Assembly (NCBI RefSeq): GCF_963921235.1
Contig: NC_086097.1
Span: forward strand, 138,386,001 to 138,450,000
Direction of reading: 5' to 3'
DNA: 64,000 bases
From: Mobula hypostoma
Taxonomy: Eukaryota
Position 1 is the stretch's first letter. Each line of letters opens with the position of its first letter. The translations under genes were made by a program, and so were the position numbers. A model generated the notes under the pieces. The model was not told the DNA's origin, did not search any database, and worked only from the letters and a program-made list of their open reading frames with translations. This document shows, piece by piece, positions 38,379 to 49,200 of this stretch.

Positions 38379-38748
38379 GATAGCCGACGGGTCTCAAACC
38401 CTCGATGAGATAGGGAGTTGTCTATCCCAGCATGCGAAGACAGACTCCGGCGGATTGAGTGGACGAGACCAATGGAAGGTCCAACGGTCAAGAAGGCGGT
38501 CTCTGCAAGCGTCATGGAACGTGTAGAGCAGGACAAGACACAGAAGACGTCCTGGTCATCCACTGCGCCTAGTCTCATCTCCAGCTGTCTAGACTCTGTC
38601 TTGCCACTGGACCCAGATGGGAATTGGGAAGAAAGAGTGAGGCTGACGTTGCGCAACTCTTCCTCACTTAAATCCAAATCACGCGATAGTCTTGACACCA
38701 TCATTATGGTGTCGAGGTCCTCATCGACGTCAACGATGGACGAACAAC
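38196..38748 (+). mobile_element. Apparently full-length non-coding retroposon (probably RTE-mobilised) headed by an HDV-like ribozyme
   Basis: Interrupts the Rex1 3' region. Imperfect TSD AT(A/G)GAGCC at 38173-38180 and 38749-38756. 3' hairpin GACACCAT-CATT-ATGGTGTC and AACAAC tail. Confidence 0.85.
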
Positions 38749-40201
38749 ATGGAGCCTAATGGCTGAGAGTGAGAATGACCTCGCTTTATACTCTTTGGAG
38801 CAGCACAGTTGTCTTAGTCCATTATTACTAAAAGTGCTCCTCTGCTGAGTCAAGATGGCATGCAGAGGGTGAGAAGCATTGTCCAGAATTGCCAGAATTT
38901 TCAGCAGGGTTCTTTGTTCTACCACAGCATCCACCGTGTCCATTTTGATTCCTATAACAGAGCCAACTTTTCTAATCAGTTTATTGAGCCTGTTGGCATC
39001 ACCTGTGCTGATGCCATTTTCCCAGCACACCACCACATAGAAGATCATACTGGTGACAACAGAGTGGTAGAACATGTGAAGGAGATGCCTGCACACTCCA
39101 AAGGACCTCAGTCTCCTCAGGAAGTAGGGGCAACTCTGGCCCTTCTTGTACACATCATCTGTGTTGGTGCTCCACTCAAGTCTGTCATCCAGGTGCACCC
39201 CCAGGTACTTGCAGGTTCTCACCACATCCACGTTCTCACCAACAATAGTTACAGGGAGCAGTGCAGGCTTAGTCTGCCTAAAGTCCATCACCATCCTATT
39301 TGTCTTAATGAGGCTGAGCTGCAGATGATTCAGCTTGCACCATTTGACAAAGTCCTAAACCAGGGCCCTGTATGTATCCTCCTGTCCTCCCTTTATACAC
39401 CCAACTATTGCTGAGTCATCAGAGAATTTCTGCAGATGACAAGCCCGAGGTATACCAGGTAAACAAGAAGGGAGCCAATACAGTCCCCTGTGGGGCCCCA
39501 GTGCTACTTATAGCTATGTCTGACACACAGCTCTGAAGCTGCACAAACTGGGCTGCCAGTCAAATAGTCCATTATCCAGGATACAATGGAAGCGGCAAAC
39601 TGCATTAAATGGAGCTTTTCCCCCAGCAATGAGGACTGTATGGTATCAAAGGCACTTGAGAAATCAAAAAATATGATCCTTATAGTGCTACCCTGCTTAT
39701 CTAATTGGAATAGCCTCTGTTCAGCAGGTAGATGACAGCATCATCAACTCCAATGTGCTCCTGGTAAACAAACTGCAGGGGATTGAGGGCTAATTTGACC
39801 AGGGGTCGGAGGTGAGCCAGGAACAACCCCTCTAGGGTCTTCATGATGTGTGAGGTCAGGACCAATGGATGGTAGTCATTCAAATCTTACAGTTGGCCCT
39901 TCTTTTTGTTCGTATGTCCATCTGTGAGGGTGCGACTGAGCTGCTTACTTCCTTAATGTTGTGGATCATAGAGCTCCTCCTGTGAATCTTGGAAGAAGAA
40001 ATGTGAACACGTCTCATTCTGTTCTACAGTGTGGACCCTGATCGGAAGATGATCTTGGAGGATTTGGCAGTGAAGTGCTGGGCTTGTTGGCTTTTCACTT
40101 CTCGTAACTTCTCCCTCACATCCACCCCCTTTGACTGCTGAAGGAGAATTTGCTGCAACTGTCTGTATTTTACACAGTTTCCTCTGACCCTACCTTGCTT
40201 T

Positions 40202-41426
40202 AGAACATAGAACATAGAATAGTACAGCACAGTACAGGCCCTTCAGCCCATAATGTTGTGCTGACCCTCAAACCCTGCCTCCCATATAACCCCACACCTT
40301 AAATTCCTCCATATACCTGTCTAGTAGTCTCTTAAATTTCACTAGTGTATCTGCCTCACAGGCAGTGCGTTCCACGCACCAACCACTCTCTGAGTGAAAA
40401 ACCTTCCGCTAATATCTCCCTTGAACTTTCCACCCCTTACCTTAAAGGCATGTCCTCTTGTATTGAGCAGTGGTGCCCTGGGGAAGAGGCGCTGGCTATC
40501 CACTCTATCTATTCCTCTTATTATCTTGTACACCTCTATCATGTCTCCTCTCATCCTCCTTCTCTCCAAAGAGTAAAGCCCTAGCTCCCTTAATCTCTGA
40601 TCATAATGCATACTCTCTAAACCAGGCAGCATCCTGGTAAATCTCCTCTGTACCCTTTCCATGCTTCCACGTCCTTCCTATAGTGAGGTAACTAGAACTG
40701 GACACAGTACTCCAAGTGTGGCCTAACCAGAGTTTTATAGAGCTGCATCATTACATCGCGACTGTTAAACTCTATCCCTCGACTTATGAAAGCTAACACC
40801 CCATAAGCTTTCTTAACTACCCTATCCACCTGTGAGGCAACTTTCAGGGATCTGTGGACATGTATCCCGAGATCCCTCTGCTCCTCCGCACTACCAAGTA
40901 TCCTGCCATTTACTTTGTACTCTGCCTTGGAGTTTGTCCTTCCAAAGTGTGCCACCTCACACTTCTTCGGTTTGAACTCCATCTGCCACTTCTCAGCCCA
41001 CTTCTGCATCCTATCAATGTCTCTCTGCAATCTTCGACAATCCTCTACACTATCTACACCACCACCAACCTTTGTGTCGTCTGCAAATTTGCCAACCCAG
41101 CCTTCTACCCCCACATCCAGGTCATGAATAAAAATCACGAAAAGAAGAGGTCCCAGAACAGATCCTTGTGGGACACCACTAGTCACAATCCTCCAATCTG
41201 AATGTACTCCCTCCATCACGACCCTCTGCCTTCTGCAGGCAAGCCAATTCTGAATCCACCTGGCCAAACTTCCCTGGATCCCATGCCTTCTGACTTTCTG
41301 AATAAGCCTGCCATGTGGAACCTTGTCAAATGCCTTACTAAAATCCATATAAATCACATCCACTGCACTACCCTCATCTATATACCTGGTCACCTCCTCA
41401 AAGAACTCTTATCGGGCTTGTTAGAC
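40202..41426 (-). mobile_element. Young 5'-truncated CR1 LINE
   Basis: ORF 40692-41393 with DFSKAFDKV, GVPQGSVLGP and KFADDTK. (TTCTATG)n tail. TSD ACCTTGCTTT at 40192-40201 and 41427-41436. Confidence 0.93.
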
Positions 41427-41469
41427 ACCTTGCTTTCTGAACTCTTTTGTGGAGTAAGAACCTCTTAAT

Positions 41470-44050
41470 GTTCTCCTTGGTCACCTCCCACCAGTGAACG
41501 GGGGAAAAGGTTGGCCACCGGGAAATTCTGCTTTTGGTGGACAGAGTGGAGGCACTTGACAAAGTGGTCCCCCAATTTACATCAAGTCTCACCAATGTAG
41601 AGGAGGCCGCATTGAGATCACCAGATACAATAGACGACCCCAACAGATTTGCAGGTGAAGTGTTGCCTCACCAGAAGGACTGATTAGGGTCCTGAATGGA
41701 AGTAGGGGAGGAGGTAGGTGGGCAAGTGTAGTATTTCTGTCGCTTGCAGGGATATGTGCCAGGTAAAAATGTGTTTGGTGGTAGGATGCCATTGAAGTGG
41801 TTGGTTAGTTGATGAAGAAGATCCTGAGAGGCAGGATTTATGAACATTTGGAGAGGCATAATATGATTAGGAATAGTCAGCATGGCTTTGTCAAAGGCAG
41901 GTCGTGCCTTACGAGTCTGATTGAATTTTTTGAGGATGTGACTAAACACATTGATGAAGGTAGAGCTGTAGATGTAGTGTATATGGATTTTAGCAAGGCA
42001 TTTGATAAGGTACCCCATGCAAGGCTTATTGAGAAAGTAAGGAGGCATGGGATCCAAGGGGACATTGCTTTGTGGATCCAAAACTGGCTTGCCCACAGAA
42101 GGCAAAGAGTGGTTGTAGATGGGTCATATCCTGCATGGAGGCTGGTGACTAGTGGTGTGCCTCAGGGATCTGTTCTGAGACCCCTTGGCAAATGGAGTTC
42201 AACCCAGGTAAGTGTGAGGTGGTTCATTTTGGTAGGTCAAATATGATGGCAGAATATAGTATTAATGGTAAGATGTTTGGCAGTGCGGAGGATATGAGTG
42301 ATCTTGGGGTCCAAGTCCATAGGACACTCAAAGCTGCTATGCAGGTTGACTCTGTGGTTAAGAAGGCATACTGTGCATTGGCCTTCATCAATCGTGGTAT
42401 TGAGATTAAGAGCCGAGAGGTAATGTTGCAGCTATATAGGACCCTGGTCAGACCCCACTTGGAGTACTGTGCTCAATTCTGGTCGCCTCACTACAGGAAG
42501 GACGTGGAAACCATAGAAAGGGTGTAGAGGAGAGTTACAAGGATGTTGCCTGGATTGGGGAGCATGCCTAATGGGAATAGGTTGAGTGAACCCAGCCTTT
42601 TCTCCTTGGAGTGACGGAGGATGAGAGGTGACCTGATAGAGGTATATAAGATGAAGAGAGGCATTGATTGTGTGGATAGTCAGAGGCTTTTTCCTCAGAA
42701 CTGAAATGGCTAGCATGAGAGGGCATATTTTTAAGGTGCTTGGAAGCAGGTACAGAGGAGATGTCGGGGGTAAGTTTTTTACGTGGAGAGTGGTGAGTGC
42801 ATGGAATGGGCTGCCAGCAACAGTGGTGGAGGCGGAGATGATGGGGTCTTTTAAGATATTCCTGGATAGGTACATGGAGCTTAGAAAAATATAGTGCTAT
42901 GGGTAAGTCTAAGTAGTTCTAAGGTAAGAACATGTTCGGCACAGCTTTGTGGGCCGAAGGGCCTGTTTTGTGCTGTAGGTTTTCTACATTTCTATGAGTG
43001 AGATTAATGGGGAGGAACAAATGGAGAAGGGAATCATGGAGGGAGTGATCCATGCAGAAAGTGGTGTGGGGGGCGGGGGGGGGAAGTAAAAATGTGTTTG
43101 GTGGCAGGATCCCGTTGAAGATGGTGGAATTTACAGAGGATGATGTATTGGATGTAGATGCTCATAGTGTGATAAGTGATTGAAAGAGGAACTCTTTCCC
43201 TGTTAAGGCAGCAGGAAGATGTTGTGAGCACAGATGTCTGGGAAGTGGAGGAGATGCAGGTGAGGGCAGCATCAATGGTAGAGAAAGGGAAATGCTGTTC
43301 TTTGAAGAAGCAGGTATCACCAATGTCCTGAAAAGGAAAATCCCATCCTGCAAACAGAGGCAGTGGAGATGAAGGAACCTTGAAAATGGAATAGCTGTTT
43401 TGCAGGAGACAGGGTGGGAAAAGATAACGTCACGATAACCATGGGAATCGGTAGGTTCATACAAGATGTCAGTTGACAGTTTGTCTCCAGAGATGGACAC
43501 AGAGAGATTGATAAAGGGGATGGAGCTGTCAGAAATGGAGCAAATGAATTTAAGTGAAGGGTGGAAGTTGGAGGCAAAGTTGATGAAATTGATGAGCTCA
43601 GCATGGGTCCATGAAGCAGCACCAATGCAGTTGTCAATGTCACACAGGAAGAGTTGGGGAGCATTACCAGTGAAGGCTTGGACTATTCTATGTAGCCAAT
43701 GAAAAGGCAGGCATACTGAGTGCCCAAGGCTGCCCCTTGAGCCTGGAGAAAGTGTCAGGAGCCGAAGGAGAGATTGTTGAGGGTGAGGATCAGTTCTGCC
43801 AGATGGAGGAGGGTGGTAGTGGATGGGCACTGGCTGGGTCTTGTTGAAAAAGAAGTGGAGAGTTTTAAGGCCTTCTTCATGGAGAATAGAAGTGTATGGG
43901 CACAGGACATCTATGACGATAATGAGGCAATCAAGGCCAGGGAATTGAAAGTTGTTGAGGAAATCGAGAGAATGTGAAGTGTTGCAGATGTTGGTAGGAA
44001 GGGAGTGAACCAAGAGTGGAAGAGTGCAGTCGAGGTATGCAGACAGAATA
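41470..44050 (-). mobile_element. Degenerate PLE (RT + GIY-YIG) interrupted by a CR1
   Basis: ORF 43162-44013 (LFLCDIDNCIG, NFHPSLKF, IPFSRF). GIY-YIG-like remnant at 41480-41700. Confidence 0.75.
41798..42996 (+). mobile_element. CR1 LINE, 5'-truncated with internal deletion at ~42185
   Basis: SQHGFVKGRSCLTSL, DFSKAFDKV and GVPQGSVL, then a jump to WQMEFNP (FADD motif lost). TTCTA tail. Confidence 0.9.
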
Positions 44051-44142
44051 TAGTGTTGCAGTTATAGGGGAAGTGTAGTGCAGGTAGGCAAATAAAGTCC
44101 CAGGACCATGATGAGGAAATCTAGGAGATCAGGAGTTCATCT

Positions 44143-45325
44143 TGTCACAGTGGCGGGGCATTGGGAGCAAGGGTGGACCCCAATGCAAGACACATCTTGT
44201 GAGGCTACTTATATTTAGTTTATTGTTCGATACCAGGAGAGCAAGGCAGGAGCAGGAGTCGCGAACTGGACAAGGACTCAGGACTACGACTAGGCTGGGA
44301 CTAAGGGTCCGGGCTTGGACTCGGAATCAGCTCCCAGAACTAGAGGAGACATGAAGAGGCTAGAGTATGGACTCCGAGCCAGAGACTGGGCAAGGATCCA
44401 GTACCTGGGTCTTGCCTCGGGCTCAGACCCCAGGACCAGGCAAGGACATGACATGGGCTAGGGAGAGGAGGAACATGGGAACACAGAGCCTCGGTCTCGG
44501 GGAGCAGGTACATGGAACCATGGACACATACACAGAACACAGAGTCGGGACCCCTCCTTGGGTACAGGACATAGGGCCGGGACTCACGACCCTCCGCGGG
44601 GCAACGGCAAAACGGCCTGACCTACCCCACAGAGGCGAGGACAAGACAAGACATGACCCCCCTGCGGAGCAACAGCAAGATAGCCTGACTTACCCCACGG
44701 AGGTGAGGACAAGACATGACAAGACCAACACAAATGAATACCAGACAGTACCTATCTAGCTCCAGTGATGGAACTAGACCGAAGTGCAGGCGGGAGCTGC
44801 AGACAAGGGCTAGAGGCGAGAGGGGCAGAGAAGGGATTCAGACAAGGGGGTAGGACAGGAATCACAGACCGCCAGGGCCAGGACTTGACTCAGAACTGGG
44901 AAGCCGCCAGGACCAGGACTTGACTTGGTACTTCAATGCCGCCAGGGCCAGGACTTGACTTGGAGCCTCCGGGTAGTGGCGAGCTCTCGACTCGGCCTGG
45001 GAACTGTAGACAGCGGTTCTTGCTTGCTTTGGCGAGGTAACTGGACAGGGTTGCTGTGGTGAGGAGAGGCGAATTACTGGCACTGGCTTCGGCAGAGACT
45101 AGGCTTGCTCCAGCCAGATGACATCGGCTCACCGTACCTTAGATAACTTTGCAGATGCTCCCGCACTGAACGGCTGAAAGCCGGAGACTATAAACTACGG
45201 GTTCAGCCGAGCGTTAATTGCCTCTAATCACCAAAGTCGAGGGACACGGGAAAACAGGGAATCAATGGTCCGGATCGTAACATAAACAAGGTAAATTTAA
45301 AGGGACCCCGATCCAGACCATGACA
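44143..45325 (-). mobile_element. Solo LTR (probably Gypsy-type)
   Basis: TGTCA...TGACA termini with 5-bp TSD CATCT (44138-44142, 45326-45330). AATAAA on the minus strand at ~44219-44224. Internal tandem repeats. Confidence 0.85.
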
Positions 45326-45701
45326 CATCTTTAGTTTACCAGAGGTGCATTGAAGAGTCTGATAACAGCAGGACAGACCCTGTTCTTTGAGCCTGGTGGC
45401 ACATGTTTTCAAGCTTTTGCATCTTCTGTCTGATGGGGGAGGGGTGAGGGAGAATGGCTGGGAGATTGAGAGGGTTCAAGGTGGGACAGGCCATTGATTA
45501 TGTTGGCTGCTTTCCTGAGGCAGTGGAATCATTGTTGGAGTCAATAGAGGGAAGGCTGGTTTGTGATGGACCAGGCTGCATTTACAGCTCTCTGCAATTT
45601 CTCGCACTGTTTGTCCCCTCCATGAGGTAAGAGGCTTGTAGGTCTTCACCAAAGACACAGTTGTTCTGAACTGTTTCCTGGCCAGTCTTTACCTCTCAAG
45701 C

Positions 45702-46295
45702 AAGATGAAGCTATCCACGGCCTCCTCTACTGTAAAGATGAAGCTATCCACGGCCTCCTCTACTGTAAAGATGAAGCTATCCACGGCCTCCTCTACTGTA
45801 AAGATGAAGCCACACTCAGGTTGGAGGAACAACACCTTATATTCCGTCTGGGTAGCCTCCAACCTGATGGCATGAACATCGACTTCTCTAACTTCTGCTA
45901 ATGCCCCACGTCCCCCTCGTACCCCATCTGTTACTTATTTTTATACACACATTCTTTCTCTCACTCTCCTTTTTCTCCCTCTGTCCCTCTGAATATACCC
46001 CTTACCCATCCTCTGGTTCTCCCCCACCCCCCCGTCTTTCTTCCCGGACCTCCTGTCCCATGATCCTCTCATATCCCTTTTGCCTATCACCTGTCCAGCT
46101 CTTGGCTCCATCCCTCCCCCTCCTGTCTTCTTCTATCATTTTGGATCTCCCCCTCCCCCTCCAACTTTCAAATCCCTTACTCACTCTTCCTTCAGTTAGT
46201 CCTGACGAAGGGTCTCGGCCTGAAACGTCGACTGCACCTCTTCCTAGAGATGCTGCCTGGCCTGCTGCGTTCACCAGCAACTTTCATGTGTGTTG
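45702..46295 (+). mobile_element. Young PLE 3' fragment
   Basis: LEEQHLIFRLGSLQPDGMNIDFSNF C-terminus. Near-identical to 63243-63760(-). Confidence 0.9.
46198..46233 (+). ncRNA. Minimal type I hammerhead ribozyme motif
   Basis: AGTC-CTGACGA-AGG(GTCTCGG)CCT-GAAAC-GTC^GACT. Confidence 0.75.
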
Positions 46296-47039
46296 TTTGT
46301 TGAAAACCATTTCGCAGAACCAGCACAAGTACAATGTGCTAACTGGTCTCCGCAGGAGTTTTCCATTCCATGATTTGACCTAAAATCAGGCAATCCAATT
46401 TGATATAACCTTCAAAATCTGGTCTGGAAATGCCGGAAAGAGATTATTAGCTAAGTTTAAAGGGTTCTGTGTAATAACAAGGTGGATTCTTGCAGCCTGT
46501 TCCCATTCCATCTCTCCAACTGCCCCAGCACTAAAATTTATTATAATGGTATGGAATAATTAAAGACTACAAATTCTCCAGGACTGATCTGAGGAGACAC
46601 TGTTATACTGCACCCTTTAGGAGTCTTCTATCTGTGAGGGAAATAACAGGGACTGGCTTTTTAAATCAGAGCAATGTGTTTGTGGAAAGGAAAATGGGGT
46701 CAAAGGGAAAAGCACTCAAACCAAGCTGGTGCTGGGAGTGCCCAGTGTGGGCAATGTGTTGCCTCCTCACTTGAATGATTTCTGTAGCAGTGTACAGTAA
46801 CTGCGCTCTTCACTGGCTGAGGTAGTGAGTGGCTCTGTAATGCCAGTCTTCCCCTCTTGAAGGGGTGTATCACTTGGGTGGAGCATGCGCTGCGTTTGTG
46901 TAGGAGGAGAATGTCCATGAAACATTGACAAATGGCTTATGATCCTTTTAAATACCACTGACTGTGGACCATATGTTTTCTCTGCTGCTGTGGGTGAACA
47001 CAGGGCAAAAGGATCAGTGGGCACAGGAGATGACAGAAC

Positions 47040-47712
47040 CATGGGGAATGTTGTAGAACAGAAACACAGAAGAATACAAGTACATTGTTCCCTGAAAGTG
47101 CAACATGGGTAGACAGGGTGGTGAAAAAGGTCTGTGGCAGACTTCTCTTCAGCAGTCAGGGCTCTGACTCGAAGAGTAGAGATGTCATTTTACAACTTTG
47201 CAAGACATCGGTGAGAGAAAGCTTGAAGTATTGTGTGCAGTTCTGGTCATCTAATTCTAGGAAGGAGTCGTTAAGCTGGAATGGGTGCAGAGAAGATTCA
47301 GAAGGGTGTTACAGGGTCTGGATGGCTTGAATATAAGGAGAGACCAAATAGGCTGGGACTAAATCCTCGTGATTTTATATACAGAAGTATATAAAATACA
47401 GAAGTATATAAGATCACGAGGATCATAGATAAGTTGAATGGTCACGTTATCCTTTTTTTAAAGGTAGAGGAATCAAAAATCAGAGGTCATCGGTTTAATT
47501 GAGAAGAAAGAAATTTAACAGGGAGCTGGGAAGTGGGGGTGGGGGCAGCATTTTCACACAAAGGGCAATAGGCATGTGGAATACCTATTCAGTTACATTG
47601 ATAGGAAGATATGGGACAAACACAGGAAAGTGGGACTAGCTTAGTTAGAGAATCGGTCAACATGGAGAGGTTGCACAAAAGGGCCTATTTCTGTGCTGTA
47701 TAACTCTATGGT
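47040..47712 (+). mobile_element. CR1 3' fragment
   Basis: VDRVVKK..LKYCVQFWS. 3' GGGCCTATTTCTGTGCTGTATAACTCTATG. Confidence 0.75.
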
Positions 47713-48769
47713 TTTATGGTTTATAAAAAAAGTACAATGAAATAATAAAGAAGGTTTGCATTTGTCATTGGTCTCAAACCAGTAGGGCTGAAAAGCAGGG
47801 TTTATTAAAAAGCACAATGTCTTTTGCTCCCACTTCGACAAATGGATAGATTTCCATCAGTAGTTGCAAGGCAATTCAGCAACTTCCTCTCGGCCACCAG
47901 TCCCATTGTCGCCTTGGAACATGTGTATTCAACGCTCTTCCCGCAACCCTGATAACTTAATGGATATGTCTGTATTCAAGGATTTGCAAGAATGATTGGA
48001 GCATAGAGTTTACAACTGTCAGTAAGGACTGTCAGGTTGGCGGGGAGTGGGTGGGTAATGGAATCTTCAGGTACTACTTGAAGATTACTGGAAGAAACCT
48101 GTGTAAAGCCTGGTGGTCTTTGATTACAACAAGATATGCACACAGCATGGCACATTCCAGGGGTGCAAGAGTATTTGATGAAGGGCATACTGAAGCTTGG
48201 TGCAGCCACCACAAAGGCTTTGTAAGGAAGAATCACTGTCGGGGCAACATACCCATCAAGTGTTAGAGAGGCTGTGTCCTGTGTGACCACCCCTCAAACA
48301 CTTTGTGTGTATGTTGGTGCAAGAGGGTTTCAGTATGGAAGGCAATAGTGGCACTGCTGTTTTGTAAATGGAATGTATTGGTTTTATGGCAGAATAAATG
48401 TAAAATTGGACAGGTCCCGATTATTTTGTATTTCCTCTATATATTTCCTGTGTATATTCCCTCATGTAAATCATTGACAACATGTCAGAAATAGCTGAGC
48501 ACCATGGACTTCTCCCCGTGGGTTCTTTCTAGTTACTGCCTGAAACCTGAACATGCATACAATAAAAGCAGAAACTACCAGAAACACTCAGCAAGACTTT
48601 GAACAGTTACTGACATGAAATATTAACCCTACTTTTCTCTCTCTGTACAGATGTTGCCTGGCCTGCTGAGTGTTTCCAGCAATTTTTATTTCGGTTTCCA
48701 GTGTGTGCAGTGTTTTGGTTTCTAAGGGAAGGGCTTTTATCCCTTGTTTGTTTGAATCAATTTGCATTT

Positions 48770-49200
48770 CAAATCAATACACTGCTTCCAATGCACAGCA
48801 CTTTAAGTTTACACATTAACCTCTCAAACAAGGTTTGGTCAAACCCTTTGGAAAATTCACGTACACCATATGCATAGGTTCTCTCTTTTCTACTTATTAC
48901 ACACAAAGAAAAATTCAAGCAGACTTTTAAATACAATTCCCCTTCCAGAAATCCGTGTTGACTTGTCTGATGCTGGTGGTACATTTCTGGATACCCTAGA
49001 ATGGGCTCTGGCATTAATCTCAATAATGGTGGCAGATCTCTGGTTCCTGTTTCCCATCTCCCACCTTTTTTAAACAATGGAGTTACATCGACCACCCTCC
49101 AATCTACTGGAACCATTGCAGATTTCTGGGAAGTGTAAGGACTAAGGACTGATGTCAGAGCAAATATAAGGCACACCGCCCTGCAGGATTTGGATGATAA
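48770..49200 (-). mobile_element. Old CR1 RT fragment
   Basis: VPVDWRVVDVTPLFKKG, SQHGF, FSKGFD. Confidence 0.7.

Larger units (their letters stand above)
38005..39905 (-). mobile_element. Rex1/Babar LINE 3' half
   Basis: ORFs 39701-39883 (LNPLQFVYQEHIGVDDA) and 38704-39294 (DFR..KYLGVHLDDRLEW). (TCTA)n tail. Confidence 0.88.

Noticed and set aside
38361..38400. Twister ribozyme reading (CGGCTAA..GAGG.TAGCCG)
   Set aside because: No room for the P2/P4/pseudoknot elements; the HDV-like fold explains the same nucleotides fully.
38171..38759. ORFs of 110-177 aa here and at 36689-37082
   Set aside because: They overlap on both strands within a GC-rich retroposon and have no recognisable domain.
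40692..42246. RT-like ORFs as host genes or active elements
   Set aside because: 5'-truncated CR1 copies lacking endonuclease and ORF1; one has an internal deletion.
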